Source of the DNA: Terriglobia bacterium
Lineage (GTDB): Bacteria; Acidobacteriota; Terriglobia; 20CM-2-55-15
Assembly: GCA_965198225.1 (NCBI GenBank)
Contig: CBDAOY010000003.1
Span: 97,481 to 161,480 of the forward strand
Direction: 5' to 3'
DNA length: 64,000 nt
A program made the translations under genes and the position numbers. Position 1 is the stretch's first letter. The number at the start of each line of letters is the position of its first letter. Shown one piece after another: positions 43,285 through 53,517 of the stretch. The notes beneath the pieces are model-generated. The model made no database searches. It worked only from the letters and a program-made list of their open reading frames with translations, and was not told the DNA's origin.

Positions 43285-44745
43285 CTAGTTAACGCCCGGG
43301 CCCAGAAGGGGAGCCTGGGAAGCGCTCGCGGCGTCTGGCTCCTGGGCCTGAGTTACTTGACGGATCACGACCGCGCCACCAGCAGCTGTCCCGGCTGCCA
43401 CGGCCGCGGTCGCGACTGCCGATACCGTCGAGGTGGCCGCGCCAGCTGCCGCGCCTGCTGCGCCGCCCGCCGCACCGGCGGCCCCACCTCCTGCACCTGC
43501 CGCGCCGCCGCCGGCCCCACCGGCCGCGCCACCACCGCCACCGGCCGCGCCACCGCCTCCGGCACCACCGCCTCCGGCGCCGGCACCACCGCCTCCGGCA
43601 CCTCCAGCACCTCCGACACCGCTTCCGACGGCAGCTTGTATGGCTGGGGCCACCAGGGCGGTGATCACCCCCAAGCCCACTCCCCGGATCGCGATGACCT
43701 GCTGCCCGCCAGTGATCGTCGCGCTCTGCCCGGTGATGTTCTCGGTGATCTGCTGGAGGCCCTCATTCAGCTGGTGGGTGCTCTGAGTATCGTTCGGGAC
43801 GAGCTGCTTTCCTTCGGTTCCTCGAATCGCAGCGACCGCGGTTGGAGTCGTCAGTTCGGTTTCGGTCCCGGCGACTTCCTGGATGTCAAAAAACAAGCTT
43901 CCCAACGTCTGACCGATCCGGCGCAGGATCCCGGTCGGTTGCTGTTCCTCCTCGATGACGACCGTCGTTCCGACGTCCAGATTGATCAGGCTCTGGTCGG
44001 TGAAACGGATATCGGCACGGCCCTGAAGCGTGGCCACCGTGTCCCCGCTGAAGAGCGGGAGGCCGGGGTTCTCCACGCGGTTGGTGAGCGTTGTGTTGAC
44101 CCGCGTCAGCCGCACGTCGCCTTCGACGGCTTCGAACTGGGCGATCTGACTCCCGGCCTGCGGCGGCGTGAAGGTCGCTTCGGCGACCGGAATCGACACC
44201 GTGGGCACGAGCGATGCGATGAGGACTTCGCCCGCTTCGACCTTGCGACTTGCTCCGTACTCCTGACGCTCCAGTACGCTGAGAAGCCCCTTTCTGCTCT
44301 CGACCCGATCCTCGTCTTCGGGCACGGCTAGAATCTCTCCGGAAACGTTCTCTCTTTCCGGTCCCGGCCGCACCGCGAGTTGCGGCGTAATGATTTCAAA
44401 CTCCGTACCCGCCGGAAAATTGAAATCGAGGGCGCCGGCTCTCAGGATCAATCTCAACGGTTGCGCGCTGACGATCTCGAGATCTGTCGAGGGCCGCAAC
44501 TCCAGACGGCCCTTTCCCAACCGAACCACGCCCCCTCCGTCTCCATGTGTCCGGATCGAATCCCCCTCGAAGAGAGTCGTTTCACTGGACAGAGGTCGGC
44601 CGGACCGTTCAACTCTGCCGAACAGCAGGATGTCTCCGACCGGAGCTGACGTTGCCGCCGAAGCCACGTGGGGACACAACATCAGACCTAACAGCGCGAT
44701 TCCCGGCGCCATGCGCTTTGGCCACGTCGGTCGATTGAGATTCAT
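43285..44745 (-). CDS. Exported tandem FecR-domain protein with Gly/Ala-rich tail
   Basis: Two FecR-like units (LFEGDSIRT...ITPQLAV; LFSGDTVAT...TPTAVAAIRGT) and a long GGAAG stretch. Confidence 0.75.
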   Translation of the reverse strand: MNLNRPTWPKRMAPGIALLGLMLCPHVASAATSAPVGDILLFGRVERSGRPLSSETTLFEGDSIRTHGDGGGVVRLGKGRLELRPSTDLEIVSAQPLRLILRAGALDFNFPAGTEFEIITPQLAVRPGPERENVSGEILAVPEDEDRVESRKGLLSVLERQEYGASRKVEAGEVLIASLVPTVSIPVAEATFTPPQAGSQIAQFEAVEGDVRLTRVNTTLTNRVENPGLPLFSGDTVATLQGRADIRFTDQSLINLDVGTTVVIEEEQQPTGILRRIGQTLGSLFFDIQEVAGTETELTTPTAVAAIRGTEGKQLVPNDTQSTHQLNEGLQQITENITGQSATITGGQQVIAIRGVGLGVITALVAPAIQAAVGSGVGGAGGAGGGGAGAGGGGAGGGGAAGGGGGAAGGAGGGAAGAGGGAAGAAGGAAGAAAGAATSTVSAVATAAVAAGTAAGGAVVIRQVTQAQEPDAASASQAPLLGPGVN

Positions 44746-44764
44746 GTTTTCCTTCTGCGGAAAC

Positions 44765-47065
44765 TTACTTCTCGTCGAACTTGTACACGGGATCGAAAGC
44801 CCTCGTCGCGCCCGCGTATTCAGTCCGCATCTTCTCGATCCTGGACTTCATCATCTTTGACGGTCCGTCGCCGGGTCGGAGTGCCAGGACGTGATCGAAC
44901 GCCTTGTCGGCGCCGTCGAAGTCTCCCTGCTGGTACAGTTCCAGTGCGTGCTCGAATATCGTCCTGATCTCTTCCCAGGACGGATCCACGAGCAGATCAG
45001 CCGAGCCCTGGCGCCGATCGCCACGTCGCCGCTCGCCGTGGACAGCCAGGACGTACGCTCCCTTCAGTTTCTTCCAGGTCGTTTCTTCGCCCCGCCGGTC
45101 CGAGCCGCGGTGCTCCGTTTCCGGCTGCTTCAGACCCAGCGGTTCGTAGATCGTCACTGCCTGGGTCTTGCCTTTGACCTTAACGCGGTCCAGTTCCCGG
45201 CAGAATATCCGATCTTTAACACCTTCATACGTCGTGTCCGTGATCAGGATGTTCGTACCGTAAAACTTGTTCAGGCCCTCGAGCCGTGAACCCAGGTTCA
45301 CGTCGTCGCCCATCACAGTGTAGCTGAACCGATGCTGAGAACCCATGTTCCCGACGACCATCTCGCCGGTGTTGAGGCCGATTCCGATGTCGAAACGGTG
45401 TCCGCCCGGCAATTTGACCGTCTCCTGCATCTCGCGTACGACCTTCATCATCTCCAGCGCAGCGATTGTCGACCGCAACGCATGATGCTTGGTCTCGATC
45501 GGGTGGCCCCAGAAGCACATCACCGCGTCGCCGATGAGTTTGTCCAGCGTGCCCTGGTACTTGAAGATGATTTCGGTCATCTGGTCGAAGTACGTGTTCA
45601 GGAAGCCGACCAGTTCCTGCGGCGTCATCTTTTCGGAAAACGTGCTGAATCCACGAATGTCGGAGAAGAGCACCGTCAGTGCGTGCTTCTCGCCGCCCAG
45701 CTGCAGTTTTTCCGGTTGGTCGATCACCTGGTCGATGACGGCCTGGTCGAGGTAGTGGGAGAACACCTGCTTCGTCCGTTTCTTTTCCCTTTCTTCCGTA
45801 AGGTATTTGTAGGAGATCAGCGAGCCGCTCGTCGTGACCAGTGCCAGTCCTGGGTACACATAGCTCAGGACCCATGAAAACTGGAGGAAGATCCAGACGT
45901 TGAAGAAAGTGAACAGGACCAGGCCCGCCGCCGTGTACAGGATGCTCCGGGTCGCCCCCATCTTCGGCAAGTAAAACGCGACGACCAGTCCAAAGAGGAG
46001 GATCAGGGCGATATCGATCATGGCCGTCATCGCATTGCGCACCAGGTACCGCTGATGGAGGATGTTGTCGATCACATTCGCGTGGAGTTCAGCGCCTGGC
46101 AGCACCGGATCGAACGAAGTCGGGACGACGTCACCGAGCCCGATTGCCGGTGCTCCGAAAATAACAATCTTGTCGCGCAGGACTTCGGGGTCGATCCTCC
46201 GTTCCATCACATCGACCATCGAGATCGTTTCGTGAGTCCCCCCCGGTCCGTTGTAGTTGACCATGAACCGGCCGAACCGGTCGGTCGGAACGACATAATC
46301 CCCGACCTGAACCTGGGCAAAGCGGTCGTCCTGCATCGTCACCGTCACCGAAGGGGCCCCGAGGTAGCCCTTCAGCAGCTGCAGGTCGAGCGACGGCTAC
46401 AGCCGACCGCCCCACTCGATGAACTGCGGCTGGTATCGCAGGAAGCCTTCGGTATCCGCATGGAAGTTGACGAATCCGAACGACCAGGCCGCCCGGCTCA
46501 GGATTGCGATGGGCAGCGAGAGGTTTGCCCCTCGTACCCGTATTCCTCCTGTGCCCGATCCCCTTTGTCGAACCGCTGGATACACCTGCTTCTCGATCAC
46601 GAGTTCCTGTAGCTCGGGCGTCAGCTCATCGCGCTCGCCTCGTTCGCCTGTTGTCGCTTCCAGGTCGAGGTAAACGCCCATGACCACGTTGCCGGCTCGT
46701 TCGATCGCTTCGGCGAAGAGGCGGTCGTTCTCTTCACTGCTGATGTCTGCTTCCGAATAGAGAACATCGAAACCGATTACCCGGGCGCCTGCATCGGCGA
46801 TGGCGTTTATCAACCGAGCCGGCACGGATCGGATCATGGTGCGGGCGGAACCGCCCATTTCATTCAGGCTGCGCTCGTCGATGGCGACAATGACAACTTC
46901 GTCTCCGGGGGCCTGCTCTCCGCGCAGCCGGAACTTCGTGTCCAGCCAGCGCATGTCCAGGCTGGTCAAGAAGTCCGAGCCAGTCCAGTCGAGCCGGTTC
47001 ACAGACAGGACGACGAACAGGAAGGTGATGACGATAGCCAGGATTGTGGGGATACGGCGCTTCAT
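44765..47065 (-). pseudogene. CHASE2-domain class III adenylate/guanylate cyclase interrupted by one in-frame TAG (46397-46399)
   Basis: ORFs 46397-47065 and 44765-46348 share a frame; CHASE2 motifs (IVAIDERS, IGFDVLY, GAELHAN), three TMs, cyclase motifs FSDIRGFS, DKLIGDAVM and GDDVNLGSRLE. Confidence 0.88.
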
Positions 47066-47199
47066 TTTCGACGGACCCGCATCGGGGCGGCGAAGCCGCC
47101 CCGGACTGAGCGTTATATGGCGGCAATGTACGTTAAAGGCGGGGTACGGTCAAGGCTTGTTATACTTTTTCCAACGGGGCCATAAATCCTTGTTGTTCT

Positions 47200-49095
47200 A
47201 TGAGTCAAAGGGATTGGGACCCGCACGCGGGAACCTCCGTTATGGAAACTGGACCAGGTGTTTTGCTGACTGCCGCGCTCGAGACGAAACTGCGGGAAAT
47301 CCCGGCCGGACCGGGGGTCTACTTGTACAAGGATACCCTCGGAGACATCATCTACGTCGGCAAGGCCAAGTCTTTGCGAAATAGGGTGCGGAGCTACTTC
47401 CAGGAGTCCCGGAGCCTGGACGAGCGGAAGGACCAGATGATGGCTGCCATTGCCGACGTCGAGTTCATAGTGACCGACACGGAAGGAGAAGCGCTTGCGC
47501 TCGAAAACAACCTCATCAAGCAGAACAAGCCGAAGTACAACGTCCTGCTTCGCGACGACAAGACATATCCCTACATCAAGCTCACCGTCAACGAGCCCTA
47601 CCCCAAGGCTTTGATTACGCGGCGGGTCCGCAAGGACGGGGCGCTGTATTTCGGGCCGTTCTTCCCGGGTGGTCTCGCGAGAAAGACGCTGCGCCTGGTC
47701 GAACGTCACTTCCTGATCCGCAACTGCAACATCCGCATCGACGGGAAACGTCCCAGGCCATGCCTGCAGTACTACATCAACCGGTGTCTCGGACCATGCG
47801 TGGGCGAACTAGCCAGTCGAGAAAAGTATGCGGATGCGGTGAGCGACGTCCAGATGTTTCTCGAAGGGAAAGGCCGGGAACTTGTCCTCAGGTTGGAGCG
47901 GAAAATGGAAGAGGCCGCCCGCTCCCAGCAGTACGAGGCCGCGGCCCACTACAGGGACGCCATCCGGACGATCGAACAGATCACGGAACGACAGAAGATG
48001 GCGTCGGTCGGGTTCGACGATATCGACATCTTCGGGTATCAACAGGATGGTCCCCTCGTCGCTGTTTCCGCGTTTCACATGCGTGGTGGGCGGGTCGTCA
48101 ACAAGAAGGAGCTTTTCTGGGAGGACCAAGACGGGTTCGAGCCCGAAGAGTTCTTTGGTTCCCTGTTGAAACTCTTTTACGTGGATGCTCCTTTCATTCC
48201 GCTGGAGATCCACGTCCCGGTCGCCTTCGAGGACCAGGAGTTGCTCGCTGGCTGGCTCTCGGAACGCAAGGGACGCAAGGTCGAGATCCGTACGCCACAG
48301 AGGGGCGGCAAGCGCGAGATGATCGACTTGGTCCACCGCAATGCCGGTCTCTCTTTCGATCAGCGCTTTCGGGCGACGACACCGTCGGCCGCCACTATCG
48401 CCAGGGAGGTGGAAGAGGCTCTCGACCTGGAGAAAACGCCGCGCAGGATCGAGGCGTTCGACATCTCGAATCTGGGCGGCAGCGATATCGTTGCGTCGAT
48501 GGTGGTATGGCGGGAGGGCGGTCTCAAGAAGGCCGAGTACCGGCGCTATATCGTCCGCTCCGTGTCTGGTCAACCGGACGACTTCAAGAGCATGAAGGAG
48601 GTCGTCGGCCGTCGCTATCGGCGCCTGACCGAAGAGAAAAAGCGCATGCCCGACCTGATCCTGATCGACGGCGGCCTGGGTCAGTTGCATGCCGCGCAGG
48701 CTGCCCTGGACGAGTTGAACATCGTCGATCAACCGCTGGCGAGCATCGCGAAGCGGGAAGAACTCATCTACATCGCCGGCCGCGAAGACGAACCCGTCAT
48801 TCTCGATCGGCGCTCGCCGATCCTCCGCCTCATCCAGCAGATAAGAGATGAAAGCCACCGGTTCGCGATCAGTTTCCACCGGGAAAGAAGGCAGAAGCGG
48901 CAGCGGGCCACCGAACTGTCCGAAATCCCAGGTGTCGGGCCTCGTACAATTCGAAAGCTGTTGAACAACTTTGGTTCTCTCAAGAAAGTCCGAGAAGCGA
49001 CCCAAGACGAGTTACGAACCGTTGCGAACCGTCCTCAGGCCGAATCGATCTGGAAGCACTTTCATCCCTCCGAAGCGCTGAACCGGGACGACTAG
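47200..49095 (+). CDS. uvrC: Excinuclease ABC subunit C
   Basis: GIY-YIG region (PGVYLY...YVGKAKSLR), RIEAFDIS, LIDGGLGQ, IRDESHRFA and HhH motifs. Exact start uncertain. Confidence 0.97.
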   Translation: MSQRDWDPHAGTSVMETGPGVLLTAALETKLREIPAGPGVYLYKDTLGDIIYVGKAKSLRNRVRSYFQESRSLDERKDQMMAAIADVEFIVTDTEGEALALENNLIKQNKPKYNVLLRDDKTYPYIKLTVNEPYPKALITRRVRKDGALYFGPFFPGGLARKTLRLVERHFLIRNCNIRIDGKRPRPCLQYYINRCLGPCVGELASREKYADAVSDVQMFLEGKGRELVLRLERKMEEAARSQQYEAAAHYRDAIRTIEQITERQKMASVGFDDIDIFGYQQDGPLVAVSAFHMRGGRVVNKKELFWEDQDGFEPEEFFGSLLKLFYVDAPFIPLEIHVPVAFEDQELLAGWLSERKGRKVEIRTPQRGGKREMIDLVHRNAGLSFDQRFRATTPSAATIAREVEEALDLEKTPRRIEAFDISNLGGSDIVASMVVWREGGLKKAEYRRYIVRSVSGQPDDFKSMKEVVGRRYRRLTEEKKRMPDLILIDGGLGQLHAAQAALDELNIVDQPLASIAKREELIYIAGREDEPVILDRRSPILRLIQQIRDESHRFAISFHRERRQKRQRATELSEIPGVGPRTIRKLLNNFGSLKKVREATQDELRTVANRPQAESIWKHFHPSEALNRDD

Positions 49096-49114
49096 CACTG
49101 TTACAGGCCACTAG

Positions 49115-49222
49115 GAGTCTGCGCGGCAGAAGAAACCCGGCACTACATGTCGATGCTAAGTGCTGCGCACACACACTATGCTGTGGTCACAATGACCCAA
49201 AATCGTTCTACCGCGCAGACTC
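49115..49222. mobile_element. 108-bp MITE with IS1182-type ends and CTAG target duplication
   Basis: CTAG|GAGTCTGCGCGGCAGAA ... TTCTACCGCGCAGACTC|CTAG; same end sequence as the element at 60908. Confidence 0.85.
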
Positions 49223-49460
49223 CTAGCGCAGACTCCGGATTATTCATGAATTGTCTACTGCAGCGGCGGATACACTCGCAGATACGGCGTTACGCTAACG
49301 GGCCGTCCTCGGCATTGATCCAGACACGCCGTCCTCGCGCGCCTTGTCTCTGCGGCGTCTCCACCGCTTCGCGACGACAACCACGAATAATCCGGGCTGG
49401 TGAGCGCTTGGTTCAGCCGTTGGTACACGTGTTACTATAGACTTACAGAAGGAGGTCGAC

Positions 49461-49861
49461 ATGAGCGACTCTAGCGACAAATTCCTCTATTTCCTGGTCG
49501 GAGCCAGCATCGGTAGCGTGGTTGCGCTGCTGTTCGCGCCGAAATCGGGTCGGGAGACCCGGGACGAAATCACCAAGCGCGCTCAGGAGAGCCGTGAGTA
49601 TCTGAATCGCAAGGTTGACGACGGCCGGAACTTCGTTGAAGAAGGCGGTCGGCGGGTCAGCAGCGAGGTGAGCGCTCAGGAGAGCCTTCTCTGGTCGATC
49701 GGGGCAAGGAAGAGGTCGGCACGTTGATCGACAAGGGCAAGGAAGAGGTCGGCACGTTGATCGACAAGGGCAAAGACGTGGTCCAGCAGCAGAAGGGACA
49801 GTTCGCCGCGGCGTTTGAAGCCGGGAAGGAAGCCTATCTCAACGAGAAGGACGCGGACTGA
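49461..49861 (+). pseudogene. YtxH-domain protein frameshifted by an apparent 14-nt insertion
   Basis: FLVGASIGSVVALLFAPKSGRETR motif; removing 49674-49687 restores a frame through two 33-bp repeats (GKEEVGTLIDK) to ...AFEAGKEAYLNEKDAD*. Confidence 0.75.
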
Positions 49862-49873
49862 TCGGAGGCAATC

Positions 49874-50356
49874 TTGGAAGGTTTGCTGACTCTATTCGTA
49901 GCTCTGACCGCCGTGGCCGTCATGATCCAGGCCGGTGTCCTGGTGAGCATCTACATCCTGTCTCGCAGAGTCGGCGGGCAGATCGAGTTGACTCTTGCAC
50001 AGCTACGGGAACTGATGCCGCCGCTGAAGACGGTCACGGAGAACCTGAAGACCGTGTCTGAAGACGCCGTCGAGATCGGCGGCGCTGCTCGTGAGCAGTT
50101 TCATCGGGTCGAGAACATGATCGGGGAAACCGGAGAGGCTCTCCAGACCCAGTTGGAGAAAGTGGACAAGATGAGTCGCGATGTCACCGACCGCGTCAAC
50201 GAGACCGTCGATGTCGTTCAGGACTCGATTATCCGGCCAGTCCGCGAAGTCGGGGCACTGGCCCGCGGCCTGACGCGTGGTTTCGAAGTCTTCATGAATC
50301 GCAAGGGCCGCAATACCGTCGATCAGGCACACCAGGACGAAGAGCTTTTCATCTAA
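49874..50356 (+). CDS. Membrane-anchored coiled-coil protein (DUF948/YtxG-like)
   Basis: GGAGG RBS plus TTG start, one TM then heptad-like helix; adjacent to the YtxH gene. Confidence 0.65.
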   Translation: MEGLLTLFVALTAVAVMIQAGVLVSIYILSRRVGGQIELTLAQLRELMPPLKTVTENLKTVSEDAVEIGGAAREQFHRVENMIGETGEALQTQLEKVDKMSRDVTDRVNETVDVVQDSIIRPVREVGALARGLTRGFEVFMNRKGRNTVDQAHQDEELFI

Positions 50357-50454
50357 AAGGATTTGGGGACAGGGCAGGGCCCTGTCCCCATACCGCTTTC
50401 CGGACAGTTCGTGGGCTACTTGCCCTCCTCCTCACGTGTAGCGATCCTGTCAAT

Positions 50455-51138
50455 ATGTCCGAAACCGATCAGATCGAAATACCCCTTTTTCCACTCGCCA
50501 ACGTCGTTTTCTTTCCGAGCGTGATGCTTCCTCTTCACATCTTCGAGGAGCGATACAAGAAGATGATTAACGGATGCATCGACGACGACGCCCCGTTCGG
50601 GCTTGTTCTGCTCAACGGCGAGGAAGAGAGCCCGTCCACTATCCAGAAAGTGGGAGTGCTGGCTCGCGTCGCCCAGATCGAACGGCTTGACGAAGGGCGG
50701 ATGAACATCCTGACCGAGGGACAGGCGCGTTTTCGCGTGATCCGGTTCAACGGTCATGAACCCTTCTGGCGGGCGACCATTGAACTGCTGGACGATCTGC
50801 CCGAATTGGATTCGGCACTGGAAACCTTGAGCCGCGAAGTCGGCGACCTTTACATGGAGGCATACCGGAAGGGGCTGGCACTGACCGGCGAACGCGCGGG
50901 CAAACTGGAGTTGCCGGAATCGGCCGCCGATCTTTCGTTCATGGTGAGCTACGTGCTCGATATGGATATGGAAGAAAAGCAACGCCTGTTGGAGATGACG
51001 TCCACCCGGGAACGACTCAGCTCACTCGTCACCTACCTGAGACATGCCAACGAACGGCTCGAACAGCAGATCCACCAGAGAAAGATTGTCGAAACGGCCC
51101 GGGGGAACGGAGATTTAGGCAGACCGGGGGGAGGATAG
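50455..51138 (+). CDS. Lon substrate-binding (LON N-terminal) domain protein
   Basis: IPLFPLANVVFFP, LHIFEERY and KQRLLE...ERL motifs. Confidence 0.9.
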   Translation: MSETDQIEIPLFPLANVVFFPSVMLPLHIFEERYKKMINGCIDDDAPFGLVLLNGEEESPSTIQKVGVLARVAQIERLDEGRMNILTEGQARFRVIRFNGHEPFWRATIELLDDLPELDSALETLSREVGDLYMEAYRKGLALTGERAGKLELPESAADLSFMVSYVLDMDMEEKQRLLEMTSTRERLSSLVTYLRHANERLEQQIHQRKIVETARGNGDLGRPGGG

Positions 51139-51168
51139 CCTTCTGAGATATGGAGGGTGAATCAACAC

Positions 51169-51396
51169 CCGGGGACAGGGCGAGCCCTGTCCCCCTCACA
51201 TGGTTTCGGTCCCGGCACGTTTCGCTACACGACCATCGCGTTTAGCGAACGGTCCGCTGAATCGCGACAGCGGGACGGGGCTCGGCCCCTACCCTCTTTT
51301 GGTAGCGGACACTACGCTAAACGAACCGTTCGTGTAGCCGAATGTATCGCGAAAGGAACAACGTGAGGGGGACGGGGGTATAGCCCCGTCCCCGGG
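51169..51396. repeat. REPIN-like long imperfect palindrome bounded by inverted GGGGAC...GTCCCC repeats
   Basis: Outer repeats are inverted; inner arms gctacacga...cgtttagcg and cgctaaacg...tcgtgtagc pair. Confidence 0.7.
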
Positions 51397-51459
51397 TGTT
51401 TCGGTTCTCGAAATGTTCGCGAGCCCCGCTCTTCGCTCAGCGAAGAGGTTCGCCAGCAC

Positions 51460-52647
51460 CTAATCTTTCGCCGCGATCATCGCGATCTCGATCAACCCGG
51501 AAGCAGACATCAGGTCCGTTCCGACGGTTGCTCGAGGCGGCGGAGCTACGGCCATCATTTCCCTGTACACCTCGTTCATCGCGCCAAAGTTTCGGACGTC
51601 CGTCAGGAACACGCTCGAGTTGACGATGTCACCGAGGTCCATGCCGGATTCACCCAGGACGGTCTGAACCTGTTCGAGCACCGCTCGTGTCTGGCCGGCG
51701 ATGTCACCTCGCAAGTTTCGGCCGCCTCTGACGAATCCGGACAGGAACACCGTGTTGCCTACCTGGATGCCGGGGCTCAGGGTCCTGCTGTTACCGCCGC
51801 CCAGGCGCTTCTTCTCGCCTTTCACACCCCAGAGCATGATTTCGACTTTCATGTCGGGATTCATCAGTCGGGTCCGGACGGTCGCGCGCGTCGGCGGGGT
51901 ATCGCCGAAATAGGTCTGGTAGACCTCGTTCATTCCCCTGAAGTCCCGTGCGTCGGTCAGAAACACGCTGCTGACCGTCATATCCGACATCGAGAATCCG
52001 GCCGCCTGGACGAACGCCCGGGCGTTGTCCAGAACCTGTTGTGTCTGCGTCTGGATATCTCCGGGAACGACTTCACCGGTCGCGATGTCCTGCGACACCA
52101 GGCCCGCCACGAACAGGTAGTCGCCGACTCGCAGAGCCCGGCTGTAGGGCCGCATGTTCGGGCCCTCGTCCGGCACGGTGATGAGTTCCTTCCGCAGTCC
52201 GGGACGCGCTGCGATGGCCTGGATCTCGATCAGGCTTCCTTCGAGTGCAATGTCGGCCTCCAGCGTGGCACGCGCTGGAGGAAGGTCGTCGAAGAAAGCG
52301 CCGTAGGCTTCGTTCATTTCGCCATAGAGCCGGGAATCGGAGAGGTACACCTTCGTCGAGACGACGTTTTCCAGGCCCATGCCATCCGCCCTCAGCACGG
52401 TTTCGAGGTTCTCGATCGCCTTTCGAGTCTGGGCCTTGATGCCTCCCGGCACCAGGTTGTCCGACGAGTCGGTTCCTACGTGTCCTGCCAAAAACAACAA
52501 ATCGCCCGACCGGGCGGCTGGGCTGTAAGGCAAACCGGCCACGACCGATCCCGGTGGCGCCACGATTCTCTTGGCTTGTGGGAACGCCGCGAGGCTGCCG
52601 ACGACGGTCGCAATCAGCGCCGCGAAAGCAAACTTGTTGAGCTTCAT
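51460..52647 (-). CDS. Three-domain RidA (YjgF/UK114) protein with predicted signal peptide
   Basis: Three Rid units, each with P-x-RAT (PPARAT, PPTRAT, PPPRAT); N-terminus MKLNKFAFAALIATVVGSLA. Confidence 0.85.
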   Translation of the reverse strand: MKLNKFAFAALIATVVGSLAAFPQAKRIVAPPGSVVAGLPYSPAARSGDLLFLAGHVGTDSSDNLVPGGIKAQTRKAIENLETVLRADGMGLENVVSTKVYLSDSRLYGEMNEAYGAFFDDLPPARATLEADIALEGSLIEIQAIAARPGLRKELITVPDEGPNMRPYSRALRVGDYLFVAGLVSQDIATGEVVPGDIQTQTQQVLDNARAFVQAAGFSMSDMTVSSVFLTDARDFRGMNEVYQTYFGDTPPTRATVRTRLMNPDMKVEIMLWGVKGEKKRLGGGNSRTLSPGIQVGNTVFLSGFVRGGRNLRGDIAGQTRAVLEQVQTVLGESGMDLGDIVNSSVFLTDVRNFGAMNEVYREMMAVAPPPRATVGTDLMSASGLIEIAMIAAKD

Positions 52648-52750
52648 GATTCGAACACCGTCTCCTTCAATTTCAATCGATATCAAAGCGGTCTGAGGCA
52701 GGCTAACTGCGCCACGGCTAAAAGTCAAAACGCTTCTGGTAGAATCCCTT

Positions 52751-53386
52751 GTGATGAATGGGCTGTACAGGATCGGCAGCGTGTTCTGGGCTCCGGCCCG
52801 GTCCCTCCAGGAAGCATCCCTCGAGCCTGCGATTCTGCTCCCGTTGGCTGTGCCGACCGGTTTTGCGTCTCTGACCAGCCTGATCGTCTACTTCACCCTC
52901 GACCCGGCAGATCCGTCGCTGGCCGTCATATGGCTGGTTGGGCTGGTGTCGGCCTCCATCGGCCCAGTCGTGATCGTGCTGATCGTGTCGTCGTTCTTCT
53001 TTGCCCTGTTTTCGTGGCTCGGACTGCGGGTAGGGTACCAGGCCTTTCTTTCGGTCACTGCCTTCGCATTCGTTCCGACCGCACTACACCACCTGGCACA
53101 GGGTAGCCTGCTGCTCCTGCCGATCTCGCAACAGATGTCGGGTCCCCAATTCGGGCGACTCAATCTGGCGCTCTTTCTCGATGTCGGGTCTGTTTCCTCC
53201 GCGGCCCTTGTCGCGGCAGGAATGGTGGATGTCATCTCCCTGTGGGTGCTGGCTCTTCTGGTGGTTGGTTATCGCTATGTCGTCCGGCCGGGTGTGGCGC
53301 CCGCAGCGAGGGTGGCCGCCGTGGTCCTGCCGTGGTTGATGTATGCCGGCATTCGCATTGCACTGGCCGACACGATTGCGTTTTGA
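52751..53386 (+). CDS. YIP1-like integral membrane protein
   Basis: About five hydrophobic segments; N-terminal VFWAPARSL pattern typical of Yip1. Confidence 0.6.
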   Translation: MMNGLYRIGSVFWAPARSLQEASLEPAILLPLAVPTGFASLTSLIVYFTLDPADPSLAVIWLVGLVSASIGPVVIVLIVSSFFFALFSWLGLRVGYQAFLSVTAFAFVPTALHHLAQGSLLLLPISQQMSGPQFGRLNLALFLDVGSVSSAALVAAGMVDVISLWVLALLVVGYRYVVRPGVAPAARVAAVVLPWLMYAGIRIALADTIAF

Positions 53387-53517
53387 GCCGTTCGGCATGC
53401 CCCAAGGGCCCCGATGCTTAGACATTTCCTCCGGTGCGCGTTAACATCCATTGATCGCCATTTTCCCCGTGAATTTGAGAAGAGGTTCAAAAATGCTTAG
53501 TGAAGAGGAGTTTACGA

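Noticed and set aside
43365-43790. Collagen-like or Pro-rich protein on the plus strand (ORFs 43276-44331, 43433-43786)
   Set aside because: Antisense shadow of the Gly/Ala tract of the FecR gene.
46397-46399. Pyrrolysine or programmed amber readthrough
   Set aside because: The context suggests an ordinary Tyr position, TAG is used as a normal stop by many genes here, and no pyl genes are visible.
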